Assembly: GCF_041146345.1 (NCBI RefSeq)
Contig: NW_027191405.1
Span: 1,178,001-1,242,000, forward strand
Length of the DNA stretch: 64,000 nt
Reading direction: 5' to 3'
From: Neodothiora populina
Taxonomy: Eukaryota
Under the pieces are notes generated by a model, which saw only the letters and a list, made by a program, of their open reading frames with translations, ran no database searches and was not told the DNA's origin. Both the position numbers and the translations under genes were made by a program. Below are positions 25,710-37,957 of the stretch, one piece after another. The first letter of the stretch is position 1. Every line of letters begins with the position of its first letter.

Positions 25710-26515
25710 ATGTCCCACTGCCACGACGAACACGCGGGCCACGGCCACGGCGACCACTCGCACTCGCACTCGCACGGCGCCCACGACCACAGCGACGACA
25801 TCACGCCCGCACTGCAAAACCACATCTACCAGCAAATCGGCTTTAGCGCAATCAACACGCTGAATGAGTCGGTGCCGGACTCGGGCGCAAAGATATGTCA
25901 GAAGACGTGGGATCAACGGTTAGATGTCGAGCCGGAGCTGTGCAGTGACGCCGATGAGCAGTTGTTGATGCATATTCCGTATGTGATATTGTTTGCTCCC
26001 TGGCTGTGTTATCGAGATGGCTTTACGCTCGTTGCGACTGTAGCAGTGAAGAAACGACGAGAACAGAGGGACTGACGATGAACAGATTCACAGCGCAGAT
26101 CCGGCTGCACTCGATCCTGATCCGCACATCCACGAGCTCTTCGGCACCCCTGACGCTCAAAGTCTTCGTGAACCAAGACACGCTGGACTTCGACACCGCT
26201 TCGGCAATGACGCCCACGCAGACGCTTTCGCTGTCTCAGACGTCCGAGGTGCAAGACGTGCCTGTGCGGCGCGCGTTGTTCAATACCGTGCGCTCGCTGG
26301 ATCTGTTCTTCGAGGACAATTGGGGTAGGGGCGACGAGGATGAGACGAGGGTTTCGTATCTCGCTTTCAAGGGCGAGTGGTTGCATTTGAGTCGCGAGCC
26401 GGTCAATTTCTTGTATGAGGCTGCTGCTAATCCTAGTGATCATAAGATGGTTGCTGGGGTTAAAGGTGGCGTAGGTAGTGAGCTTGGTGGTGCTGGGGGT
26501 AGACATGGCATGTAA
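25710..26515 (+). CDS. PITH-domain protein (PITHD1-like) with His-rich N-terminus; 2 exons
   Basis: MSHCHDEH..HDHSDD, TLNES, SDADEQLLMHIP|FTAQIRLHSILIR, LFFEDNWG and YEAAANPSDH. Confidence 0.9.
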
Positions 26516-26614
26516 ACGTGGTCACACTGCTGTGGTTGAAGAAAAGCATGCGTTTCTTATTGGTGCAATCCATCAAATGACTCGACCGATCCCACTGCTT
26601 TCTCGTACGGGTAT

Positions 26615-28811
26615 CTACTTTCTGATCTTGTAAAACTCGGGCGCATACTGCGTCAGCCACCCCTTTTCAATCTTCGTTATGTCCCTTATAAATGTCTTCT
26701 CCCCGGTCTGCATCGCTTCGTGGAATATGACCCAGTCCGCCTTGCGGTTCTGGTGTGATTGTCAGCAACAAGTAACGTACTAAGATAGGATATGGGCCCT
26801 CTCACAAACATCAGAGAACTAGGATGCGCGTATAGCGTCGTAGTACCATCCACCGTGACGAAAGTTCCATCAGGCTGCATCCGAGCAGCATGTGCAAAGT
26901 AGCCTATAGTGAGACATCGGCGGATCTGCTCTGCCTTGTCGGGTCCACCGGCCCTCAATACTTCTCGCGAAGCCAGGCTCTCGTCCACATTGATTCCAAA
27001 TCGCTCCATGTATCGCTTCAGTTGGTTCCTTACGCTGACGGCTTTCGTCATGCTCTTGAAATTCAGATGGTTGCTCCGGCACCATGCTGCGTCATTTTTG
27101 CCTTTTGTCACAAAAGCCTGATACACATTAAGCAAGGTCAGGTGGTCTCCTTCATCAACAGCAAACTTCCACCTTGATGTTTCCATTGCTTTTTTCTCGC
27201 CTTCGTGCTGAAACCACACAGATCCTTGCAGGGTCGTCATCGCGGCGATGCTCAAGATCTCGCTCAAGCAGCCAAAGTCTGATGCAGACAACAAGACTCT
27301 TGCCATCATGGGTTCGACTGCGAGTTCGGCCATGCGAAGGCCGAGCGGCTTCGTAAGTCTGGCATAGTCGTCCAGTGCGCCTAATGAGTACAGCATCTCC
27401 AGAGCTCGAATGATAAGTTCTGAAGGCGGCGGCGTGAGATATTCGAATCGTGCGATATTATCAATGCCTAAGCTTTTCAGTTGCAAAATCATCGGCGCCA
27501 GGTTACTCCGCTGTATCTCTGGGATTGATGCCTCGTCCAGCGAATCGAAAGCAGACTCGGTGAATAGTCTATAGCATTTCCCGGGTTTGGTGCGGCCCGC
27601 TCGTCCTGCTCGTTGCGTAGCTGCAGCCTTCGATATCGCTGTAGCCGTCAAAGTCTCGATTCCAGTGGCGGGATCGAATGCCCTGAGCTTGACGAAGCCA
27701 CAATCGATCACGAAAACAATGCCAGGTATCGTGACGGACGCTTCCGCGATGTTTGTAGCAACGATGACTTTGCGGGTGTTCTCCGGTGTCTCCTCAAACA
27801 CGTACATCTGCTGCTCGGTAGACAAGCCGGCATACAGCGGTAATGGAAGCAGGCCCTGAGATTCCGTCGGTAGGGATGGTATGCGCTCGGTAATGCTCTC
27901 GATACAGCTGTCAATCTCTTCACGGCCAGTCAGGAATATCAGGATATCTCCCTCACCTTCCTGAGAATGGATCTCGAAGACAGTGCGTACAGCATGGTCG
28001 ACGTAGTCTTCAGCTGGAGAAGTCAGGTAATGGATGTCAACAGGGAACATCCTTCCTTCAAGGCTTACGATACGACCAGTGCTCCCACCCAGCTCTGCTG
28101 TCGCATCACCCGTGGATTCTCCAGTACTAGACGTGAAAAATCCGAGGAAGTCTTCAGCCTGCAGCGTGGCACTGCTCACAATAATGCGTAGATCGGGGCG
28201 GCGTTTCTGAATCTTCTTGAGTACGCCTAAAAGAACATCGGAGCTCAGGGAACGTTCGTGCGCCTCATCTACCATGATGACGGAATACCGCGACAGTAGA
28301 GGATCGACCAGAGCTTCGCGTAGCAGAAGACCGTCGGTCAGAAATTTGATCTTTGTGGATGCAGATGTAACATCTTCGAATCTGATGGAATAGCCAACCT
28401 ACCTGAATCAGAAACATGCTACGACAAGATTACAGTATGCAATACACAACTCACCTCCTGACCCAGTGTACATCTCATCTCCTCAGCTACTCTTGCAGCC
28501 ACGGTAGTCGCAGCCACTCTTCTCGGCTATCCAGTCCTGTGAGTGGCATGTCACAATCGAACGTGAAAGATTGATCAGAACATACCAACCTGCGTCACAG
28601 CGATCATGCGTCCATCAGCACACCATCCGGCACTCTCAAGAAACTGGGGGATTTGTGTGGTCTTTCCACTTCCGGTCATGCCAACAACAATGACAACAGG
28701 AAAGGTTTCTGTCAAGTAGAGAAGAGCCTCACGATGTTTGGCGATAGGTAAAAGGGAAGACGGCCTGTGCAAAGCTGGGATGAAATCCCGAGCAATGTCA
28801 TAGTCTGCCAT
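26615..28811 (-). CDS. DEAH-box RNA helicase, DHX35-like; 4 exons
   Basis: GMTGSGKTTQIPQ, TQPRR, DEAHER, SAT, TNIAEASVTI and QRAGRAGR. The last exon NRKADWVIFHE...WLTQYAPEFYKIRK ends at TAG 26617-26615. The short N-terminus is typical of DHX35. Confidence 0.88.
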
Positions 28812-29388
28812 ACTGCTCGTTTCTCGACTCTAGGACAAGTAGTGGTCAGATTATGCTAGAAAGTGCAATCTTTCCTTCTTCTTCTGCAATTGCCGAGCTT
28901 GATGATGTATTATTTGTTACGGGAACATTTTGATGTCGAAATGGCTCTCTAGGCGTCGGTCTTTCTCTTTGACATGCGAGCACGATGGTCACTCAGTACA
29001 TGTTGCAGGGTTAGCTAGTCCTTCAGATACCCAAGTGGGATGTATCGTATTTCATCACAAGCAAAGAGCGATGTGTTTTATAAAGTGATGATCGGCTGCA
29101 CAGTATGTGATAGAAGCAATGGATCAAACAGCGCAAACAGGCGGCAGCGATGACGCTGGGGCTGCAGTGCGGAGGCGGCAGCTGCTGTGGTGGTGGTGGG
29201 GCCCTAAGAACCATATGATTAAGGGAAGGTACAGTAAGGTACTGTATGATTATGACCCTATCCTCAGGCACCCCAAACAACACCCACCTTCCCTGAACTT
29301 TATAAATACTGTACCTTGCTTGCCCTACTTCTAGGCTGCAAACAATCCCACCAAACTTCCATCTCAGTCTTTTTATATCAACGACAAT

Positions 29389-30911
29389 ATGTCTGATAAT
29401 CCACCAGCTGAGAAGCCCGTGAGTCTGAGCATCCCTACCGACATCGTTAGCAACAGACATTGACTTGTTGATAGAAAGCGGGTGCCGAGTCCCCCACTAC
29501 AGCAAGGGAGCTCGACTTTGATGATGAAGTTCAAGAGTCGGCCAGCGCCACGCCTTCGAAGCCAAACACAGGTGCCTCGCCAAAGCCTCGAGTTGCTTTC
29601 GTAGAGGACGAGGAAGCAGCACCTGCGAAGCCACCGAGGCCAATGAGCCCCCGAGCCCAGGCTGAGCACACACTGATCGAGGCATTCCCCAACATCGATG
29701 TCAAGGTCATCAAGGCCATACTCACAGCTAGTGGTGGCAAGGTGGAGCCAGCCTTTAATGCCTTGCTTGGTGAGTCGATCACACCGCGAATTGTACCCCT
29801 GATTGTCTGCACGCGGTTCGACTGACCCCTGCCAGGCATGTCTGATCCAGACTTCAAGGAGGAGGAAGCGCCTCCGCCACAGCCTCCTCGACCTGCAGTG
29901 ACGCAGCGACAATTAGATGCCGACGAGATGTACGCGCGTCAACTTGCTGAGCATTTCCAGAGCTCTAGCCGTCCCCAGCGAGGTGGAGGTGATGACCGCG
30001 GGCCACCACTGCCAACGAGACCAGGCATGAGTGAGGAGAACAGGGAGCATAGCTTTTTCGACGGTTCGTTCTGCTCTCGTCTACTCCAACGAAACAGCAT
30101 CGGTATACTGACATGACCAAGATGATCTTCCTGTCATCCGAGAAAACGTGCGCAAAGGCTTCATCGAGACGCAGTCCAAGGTCAACCAATGGATATCCGA
30201 CTTCAGAAAGCGTATCGATGGAGATGAGGACGATCCGTACCGTGGTCCGCCCAGAATGGAAAGTCCCCCGCGCAGACAGAACTTCGGACCTTCGCAGACA
30301 GAACAAATGTACGGCATACGCAAGTCAGCAGAGACGGGAAGGAAGAGCACCGACAGGGATCGATACGACGCCGATCCTCACGTTCTTGATGATGATCTCA
30401 CTACATTGGAGCTACGAGATGATGAAGGCAAGTCGCACGATGCTACGGGGGACAAATGAAAGGCATGCTAATGTTATATTCAGGCATGGGGTCAGGACGT
30501 CGTCCGCTCAATGACCCAGAACTCTTCAAGACTGGCGTGGCTCCCCCACAATCCGGACCGGTAGATGAGGTCGATGCTGCAGATCGCAAGATACAACGAA
30601 GTGCTTCTCCCAATTCGGCAGCCAAATCAGCCAAGTGGCAGCCGCTCACATCCATCGCCCCTAAGCCCGAGTCCGAGGAGAATGATCCTTTCAGCCTTGG
30701 AGACAGCGAGGATGAGAAGGAGACGGACAAAAGCAAGGGTAAAGATATCAAGGAAGAAGATACAGCGCGCCTCAAAGAAGCAGCCAGAAAGAGTATCAGC
30801 GGAGAGTCAGGCGAAGCTGTAAAGACACTCGAGGCCAGCGAGAGAAGTGGAAGCGTCGGAACCAAGGACAAGGAGGCAGAAGAGATTCTGACGGGCAAGA
30901 AATCATCTTGA
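29389..30911 (+). CDS. CUE-domain ubiquitin-binding protein (Cue5/Don1-like); about 5 exons
   Basis: ESPTTARELDFDD, CUE domain (TLIEAFPNIDVKVIKAILTASGGKVEPAFNALL), QLDADEMYARQL, SFFDDDLPVIRENVRKGFIETQSKVN and YDADPHVLDDD. Confidence 0.82.
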
Positions 30912-31395
30912 TGGAAACAGCTTGATTCATATTATGCCAGGCAGATGCTGATCGAACCCCACTGGTCGCTGGTGGTGAACGTGCTACAATTCGAAAAATG
31001 AGAGATGCGGAGTGATACAAACCTCCTCTTTCTCTTTCTTTGATATTATCTGCTTCAGGCCAACATGTAAACGGACTTCAGAATCAGCTTTGGTCTTACC
31101 ACAGCTGAGTGGTAGAGCAAATGTGATCACCGAAGATGTCTTACCCAGGTTTATCTAGCACTGCTCTTTCACAGCGAGATGAATTATACTGTACCGTATG
31201 TAAATAACAAAGCGCCTCGAGTCAGTCACAGTAAGCGGGACGTGCACGAAGCATGGTCAAGCAAAGGACGCTAAAGAAAGCTTAATCAGAAATGTTCCAA
31301 GCAGCAACTCGAAATTTCCTGGCGTTTTATTATTGCAGCAATTCACATTCTACAAAGTTTTTTTCCTTCATTGAACTCCTGCCCCTACAGCAACA

Positions 31396-33690
31396 ATGAC
31401 ACCTCCCAGGAAGCGACAGAGGCTGTCTCTGGATGGAGGCACTGCCCAGGCACCATCTGATATGCTTCCGACGACCACGAAAGGCGAGGATCAGGACGTA
31501 GAGATGAAGGAAGAGAAGACAGACGGCAAGACACAAACCACGAATGGAAGCAAGGAAGACAAGACAAAGAAAGAAGGCGAAGATGCGACTTCTCAACGCC
31601 GCTCGCTGTTCGTGCGAGCTCTGCCCTCGTCGACCACTACGGAATCCTTGACGGAAATGTTCTCGCAATCCTACCCGATCAAGCACGCTACTGCTGTCAT
31701 GGACAAAGAGACCAGCCAATGCAAGGGATATGGATTCGTCACATTCGCCGACGCTGAAGACTGCCAGCGCGCCAAGCAGGAGTTCAACGGCTTCATGGTC
31801 GACGGCCGCAAGTTGCGTTGCGAAGTGGCAGAGCCCAGAAACAGAGAGAAAGATGCTGGTGCTGTTGCCCCACCCACCGCCGGTCAGAAGTTCAAGGAAG
31901 AGCGGGAGAAGCAGAAGACTGAGTATCTGCCTACAAAACTCATCGTCCGCAACCTGCCTTGGAGTATCAAGGGGCCCAACCAACTCACCAAGCTCTTCCA
32001 GAGCTACGGAAAGATCAAGCACGCTGTCGTTCCTATGAAGAAGCCAGGCCTCCTTTCTGGTTTTGGTTTTGTCACCATGCGTGGAAGGAAAAACGCAGAA
32101 AAAGCTCTCGAAGGCGTCAACGGCAAAGAAGTGGACGGCAGAACATTGGCTGTTGATTGGGCCGTAGACAGGGAGACGTGGCAGGGCAAGAGCGGCGAGG
32201 ATCAGCCCGATGAGCCTGTGGAGGAGGACGACGAGCAGGAGGAGAAGGAAGAAGAAGAAGACGACGGGGCGAATGAGCATCTTGATCTTGATGACGACGA
32301 TGATCAGTCGGACGAAGATGATGAGGATGACTACGACGAAGACATGGACATGGATGGGGATGAGAACGACAAGCCCGAGTTCGATCGAAACGACAACTCC
32401 TCTACCCTCTTCGTCCGTAACCTCCCCTTCACCTGCTCTGACGAGGACCTTGAAGATCACTTCACACAATTCGGCTCAGTGCGTTACGCTCGAGTCGTGC
32501 TCGACCACGGCACAGGTCGTCCCAGGGGTAACGGCTTTGTATGCTTCTACAACCTCGAGGACGCCGACAACTGCATCAGGGAGGCCCCTAGACACCAGCC
32601 ACCCAAGCCTGTCGACGGCAAGGCCAAGGACCCTGCTGCTGCTCACGTCTCAAAGTCCATCCTCCAAAATGATGAGTCTGATCCTTCCGGCAGATACACC
32701 TTAGATGGTCGTGTGCTACAGGTCTCTCGTGCAGTCAACAAGTCAGATGCCGAGCGTCTGACCAAAGAGGGACAGGCCAATCGCTTCAAGCGTGACACAG
32801 ACAAGCGCCGTCTTTATCTCCTTTCTGAAGGTACTATTCCCACAAACTCACCATTGTACGCGGAGCTCTCCCCATCTGAGCAGACCATGCGTGAGGCGAG
32901 TGTCAAACAGAGAAAGACACTCATCGAGAGCAACCCATCGCTCCATCTCAGCTTGACCCGTCTTTCGATCCGCAACCTGCCCAGAACGATCACTTCGAAG
33001 GACCTTAAACAACTAGCCAGAGAGGCCATTGTTGGATTCGCCACAGACGTCAAAAAGGGCATTCGCCAGCCGTTGTCAAAGGAGGAGCTCTCTCGAGGTG
33101 GTGAAGAAATGCAACAAGCCGAAAGAGATCGCCGAGCTCGCGCCAAGGGTGTGGTCAAGCAGGCCAAAATTGTGTTCGAGGGACGCGAGGGCGGTAAAGT
33201 GGAGGAGAAAAGCGGCGCGGGTCGCAGCCGTGGCTATGGTTTCATAGAGTACTACACCCACCGTTCTGCGCTCATGGGCCTGCGTTGGCTCAACGGCCAC
33301 GCAATTGGCTACCAGGCGCAGGAACCCAGCGCCAAGGGCAAAAGGATTTCAAAAGAGGCCATCGCCGAGAGGAAGAAAAGACTGATCGTCGAATTTGCAA
33401 TTGAGAATGCACAGGTCGTGCAACGGAGGAAAGAACGCGAGGTCAAGTCTCACGATCGGAGAGAAATACTCGCCAAATCCAGCAGCGAACGTCGTGGGGA
33501 TCGCGGGGATCGTAAATTCCCTGCCGACAAGAAGAGGAAGCGTGGCTCTGCGCAGGACGAAGACGACAAGTCCTCCTCTGCCGCCGCGACTGCCGATATG
33601 CCCGCTGACGAAAGGGAAAAGCTCGCAAACAGGCAACGCATCATTCAGAAGAAGAGAATGGCGCGTCGTGCCCGCAATGGTGGTAAGTAG
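31396..33690 (+). CDS. NOP4: Nucleolar multi-RRM protein Nop4/RBM28
   Basis: Four RRMs (SLFVRALP, KLIVRNLPW, TLFVRNLPF, RLSIRNLP) with an acidic linker, DKRRLYLLSEG and KRLIVEFAIEN. Confidence 0.93.
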   Translation: MTPPRKRQRLSLDGGTAQAPSDMLPTTTKGEDQDVEMKEEKTDGKTQTTNGSKEDKTKKEGEDATSQRRSLFVRALPSSTTTESLTEMFSQSYPIKHATAVMDKETSQCKGYGFVTFADAEDCQRAKQEFNGFMVDGRKLRCEVAEPRNREKDAGAVAPPTAGQKFKEEREKQKTEYLPTKLIVRNLPWSIKGPNQLTKLFQSYGKIKHAVVPMKKPGLLSGFGFVTMRGRKNAEKALEGVNGKEVDGRTLAVDWAVDRETWQGKSGEDQPDEPVEEDDEQEEKEEEEDDGANEHLDLDDDDDQSDEDDEDDYDEDMDMDGDENDKPEFDRNDNSSTLFVRNLPFTCSDEDLEDHFTQFGSVRYARVVLDHGTGRPRGNGFVCFYNLEDADNCIREAPRHQPPKPVDGKAKDPAAAHVSKSILQNDESDPSGRYTLDGRVLQVSRAVNKSDAERLTKEGQANRFKRDTDKRRLYLLSEGTIPTNSPLYAELSPSEQTMREASVKQRKTLIESNPSLHLSLTRLSIRNLPRTITSKDLKQLAREAIVGFATDVKKGIRQPLSKEELSRGGEEMQQAERDRRARAKGVVKQAKIVFEGREGGKVEEKSGAGRSRGYGFIEYYTHRSALMGLRWLNGHAIGYQAQEPSAKGKRISKEAIAERKKRLIVEFAIENAQVVQRRKEREVKSHDRREILAKSSSERRGDRGDRKFPADKKRKRGSAQDEDDKSSSAAATADMPADEREKLANRQRIIQKKRMARRARNGGK

Positions 33691-35171
33691 ACTGGATACT
33701 TGGGAAAGTCTAAGTAACGGCTGCCCATGTGGGTTCCCTGCGGGTGTCATCATCTACCATCTGCCACGACATGAAGAAATTCTCCGTAGCCTGGTGTTAC
33801 CTTGCGGTCCGTCACGCACCATACTCACATATCAAATTTTCTATATTTCTACCACTCAACAAATAAAGCAAACCCCAGATATTCGTATATAGTTCTACAG
33901 CATTTTCTTTATTCTCTGGCTGGTTACAATCTTCACTATCGCTACGTTGCACCGCACCTTCCCCATCTCGCAACGTTTCCAACGACTTCTACCAGGTAAC
34001 GGAGCGATTGTCAAACGTATGACAGCATTTTCTTGTAATCGCCTTCCATGCACATGGCCGACATCCTCGCACATCTCCCTCAACATATATGCAGGGGAGA
34101 GATCAAAGTCGGCATGCTGCTTACTGGCACGGACCGTTCCCTTATCGCACAGCATATGCATCCATTGTGCATCTATAAGACCAAAGTCCCGGGTCATATG
34201 TCTCGACTTATAGCACTACTGTGCCGAGCTTTGGTCGTTCTTCGTATGTATGCACACCAACTTATGCGAGCATCCGCTCCCTTATTTCCACGTCTGCCCT
34301 GCCTGATGCCATCTTGAGGCTCGTTTGATCATCGAGATGTGAGGTAAAGAAGACAAATCACGACCTTCGATCTCCCTGGTTGACCTAGGAGCCTTCCTTT
34401 TTCTTGATAGCTCACTTTGTAATATGTCCACGGTACTAACCGGGGATCGCGGATATGTTCCTTCGGTTCTTCTTCCTCACGCATCTCCTCTGTCTGATTT
34501 GTGCATCGGACAGATACAATTGCTGCACGTTCGGCGCTTGGGACATTGTGAGGAGGAGCTTTTAGGGTGTCACACGCGGGTATCTTCATGGGAAACAGCG
34601 ATGCTTCCATTCGGCTTCCTGTTCAGTTGTAGTCTGACCTCAACTACATCCTGTTGAGGATTCGCTGCTGATGGGCAAGTAGTGATCGCAAGCAAGCAGG
34701 AAGACCACTGAGGATCGAGCAAGATATGCATGAAGTTCATGGGCATCCCAGTTCCCCTTTCGCCCTGAGGTCGCGAGGCAGTTGCGAGGTGATGTATATA
34801 TATTCCATCGGTGGGTGAGCACTTCTCGGGATGCTGCTAAACAACTCGAGACTCCTTTTCAGTCATACTACCTTCTGGCACTACCCTTTGAGACTGCTAC
34901 CTATCCGAGGTACACTGGCTACCTCTGCCATCACACCCTTGACCTTTCCTCGGTCACACCAGCCATCGCTATTTCGGGTTGATTCTGCTCTTGTGACCGC
35001 ACCCACCACCATCTTCCCGTGGAGATCACGTCATCAAGACACAGTGAATCACAGTGCGACCGCTCCTTCTGAAACACGGCCATTCTAAGAAACCGGCTTT
35101 GGAAGTGTAAGACCATCGCTACACCAATAACCCCATTCGAAACCAAAAACCTGTCGCCCCTCGTGTCAGTC

Positions 35172-35360
35172 ATGTGTCAGTACGAGGTCATCCACTTTGC
35201 TTGTGGCCACTCGGCCCGTCGACTCATCAAGTATTGCCACTTCGCCCGTAACGATCCCAATCACCAGTGTTTTGGCGCGTGGTCCGTGAAACGCGAGTGG
35301 TCGACTAGACTTGAAGTTTGTCAGCCATGTGCTTATCGAGCAGCTGGTATTCGATCTTGA
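35172..35360 (+). CDS. Small Cys/His-rich protein (62 aa), putative zinc-binding, unknown function
   Basis: MCQYEVIHFACGH...YCHFARNDPNHQCFG...CQPC gives a regular C-x8-CGH...C...C...CxxC pattern. Good start context (GTCATGT). Confidence 0.7.
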   Translation: MCQYEVIHFACGHSARRLIKYCHFARNDPNHQCFGAWSVKREWSTRLEVCQPCAYRAAGIRS

Positions 35361-36034
35361 GAGGAACGTGAGGTTTGAGGGACTTTTGAAGGGATCTCCG
35401 CCTCCGACCGATTGATATCTCAGGCTGTTGACTCGACGAATGATGCTTGTCGACCACCGGGGGCGATGGTGTCGTTTTCTGTGCTGCGTCTTACTGTCGC
35501 TTCTTTTGTTGTCGCGCCATGAGGATACAGGAAACTTGAGCAGACATATGAGCATCGTCTTATGTTTCTCACGGCATATCTATTGTATCACAGATTACAC
35601 ATTCCTATAGACTAGTCTATCGGCTCGGTGTGCCCACCGCGTGAAAATTGTTTGATGCTGTCCCCATTGGTTGGACACTTCGATAGAGTCATAGTCCTTG
35701 CTGCACAGCGCATGTGCCATCTTCTGTGTACTGTCAATGTCAGGTGTCACAGAGAGCGATTCATCAATCTACACAAGCATCTGTCGTAGTTTCGATGAAC
35801 TCCCCTCCTCTCATAATTGTTGACCGAGTCCATTCCTCAACCTCTACGTACTGTCTCAAAGCCACCAACAAAAAGAAAAAAAGAAATTGGTGCCAGTCCA
35901 CCCCTTATTCTCCTCAAGACAGCAACCCGAATCCAAAACCACACCCATCCTCCCCCAAACCCCGTTATCGACCTCACCTTCAGCATTGGCTCTCTTTGCC
36001 CCATAAGAAGAAAAAGAGAAAGAAAGAGAAAGAC

Positions 36035-36424
36035 ATGTGTGACCGGGGCATAATACAATACAGCTGCGGACACCAAGGCCGACGGCTCAAACTCTGCAAC
36101 CACAGCCACAGCCGCAGTAGCAGTAGCGGTAGTAGCTCTCGTCATCATCGACACAGTCGATCTGCTATTTCGCCTACTACTGCTAGGACAGCGTCAGGAG
36201 CACCGGCAGCAGGAGCAGGAGCAGGAGCAGTATCAGCAGGATCAGCAGGAGTAGCAGGTCAAGAATGCAAAAATTCAACCGGTGGACCATGGTACTCGAC
36301 GACGACGGGAGTGTGTGCGAACTGCGCGCAGAGGTTCCAGTGCTGGGTTTCGCAGGCGGTTAGTGGTGCTGGTGGTGGTGCTGGTTGTAGTGGTGGTGGT
36401 GGGGGGCCCAGACGGAGGCGGTGA
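36035..36424 (+). CDS. Small Cys/His-rich protein (129 aa) with the same MC-x8-CGH...CxxC pattern and a low-complexity insert
   Basis: MCDRGIIQYSCGHQGRRLKLC-(S/G/A-rich)-ECKN...VCANC. An A-rich leader precedes ATG 36035. Confidence 0.55.
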   Translation: MCDRGIIQYSCGHQGRRLKLCNHSHSRSSSSGSSSRHHRHSRSAISPTTARTASGAPAAGAGAGAVSAGSAGVAGQECKNSTGGPWYSTTTGVCANCAQRFQCWVSQAVSGAGGGAGCSGGGGGPRRRR

Positions 36425-36790
36425 TTGGATTGTTTGCTTGTTTTGCTTTGCTTTGCTTGTCTGCTTATGGAAAGGGTTGAGCATGAGTATGTTGGGGTGG
36501 TGGAGGATGTCAAGGTGTTGATGGGGGTGTGGGGTGAGGGATGTTGTGGGATTTTTTACTTGGTCTGATCGGCTTGATTGGTACAGATGTGGGTGTTGCA
36601 TGTCTCGAGTTATGTGACCGGCCAGGAGTTGACATGTGAAACAGATTCATGGACGGTTCTCTTGAGGGAATACAAGAAAGACGCATATGATGGCATATAC
36701 CCCTTAGATGGAGAAAGCAAGAAAAGATGACTTTACAGTGTCATATTCTGAAAATCAATTTCATTATCATCCTCTACACTCCAACCAGCA

Positions 36791-37389
36791 TTAAGCCGTA
36801 GCGACCTTCCCCTTGATGTTATAGCGCTTGCTGAAGAAAGTAAACCAGTCATTCAGCACTTTCTTGTGGTCATCCGACAGGTCTTCCCAGTCTGGACGGC
36901 ATTCTTCCGGCTTCAGCGACGACTGTGCTAGTGCGCGTGATGCGTCTTTGCCTGCAAAGACTAGATCCCCGATAAACAAGATGTCAGTATTTCCGTTGTT
37001 GTCTTGCAATAACGAGCCTTTTTTTTCTTTTTTTGGCATAATGCTTCTCGCCGCATAAGAGGGAAATTTGAAAATGTAGGTTTGAACTGACCTGAGTACG
37101 ACGCTCCAGGCGCATACGCCTTGTTCCCCGTCACGTCGAAAATGGTCCCCTTGATCGCCACATATGTAGGATAGCCCTCGTGAGTGCCTGCTCAATAACG
37201 ATGACTTTGTAAGCAAACGATATTTTGAAAATAAGAAAACCATTACAAATGGTCTTCTCAGTGGGATGAGATAATGAAACATAAGAAAAGAAACGAACCA
37301 TCGCATTTTGCTAAGTAGTCCAGACTGATGGGGTCGTCCTTGGGAGGATCGAGCTCCACTTTTGTCTTGGGTTCGAATTTGCCAGACAT
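36791..37389 (-). CDS. Cytochrome b5-like heme/steroid-binding (MAPR family) protein; 3 exons
   Basis: MSGKFEPKTKVELDPPKDDPISLDYLAKCD|..YPTYVAIKGTIFDVT..|VFAGKDASRALA..LNDWFTFFSKRYNIKGKV. Confidence 0.88.
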
Positions 37390-37957
37390 CTTCTTTCGCA
37401 GATGGGATCTCAAAAGCTTGATAGTAATGTGGAGCTGTGTCCGATTTCGCTAGAGATGGGATCAGGCGATGGAGGGAGAGATCAGGTGTTCACTATTCAC
37501 GCAGTTCACGACTACCGCTGTTGCTGATGCGAAATCGCCGGGTGACGTCGCAGAGCCCACCTTACGCATGGGGAAAGAAGGGGGACAACCACAATCTCTT
37601 GGCGGCAGGCACTCTAAAGCATAGAAGCACGCCGGAAGCATGTTCCAATCTCGGCAATGCATAAGGTATTGATTTGGACTCGAAACGAAGTTCCCTGCCT
37701 AATCAGCATGCAGTCTGAGCATGTGCTCGATATAGTCTGACAGTGGCATATACATGATGCGAGGCGCCTCAAAAATGTGTCAGAAAGCTTCTATGCGTGT
37801 AGGCTTAATTGCTGAATGCGACAACAAGAATCACCCGAAAGCGCGCTCGAAGTTGCATGTTTTATCGTTTGCATGATTTCTATTCTCAGTATTCGACGGA
37901 TGACATCTTGATGTAATTCAGGAACGCTGCAGATTGCTCGACATCTCCTGACCTTTT

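Noticed and set aside
31330..32469. 379-aa minus-strand ORF antisense to NOP4 (similarly 54236-55294 overlapping MAK21 and ORFs over VRP1)
   Set aside because: Shadow or alternative-frame ORFs produced by acidic or proline-rich coding sequence.
33700..35170. Possible snoRNA host or hidden gene in the long non-coding gap
   Set aside because: Scattered intron-like signals only. I found no convincing C/D box pair, tRNA fold or consistent exon chain by eye. An Infernal/tRNAscan run would be needed.
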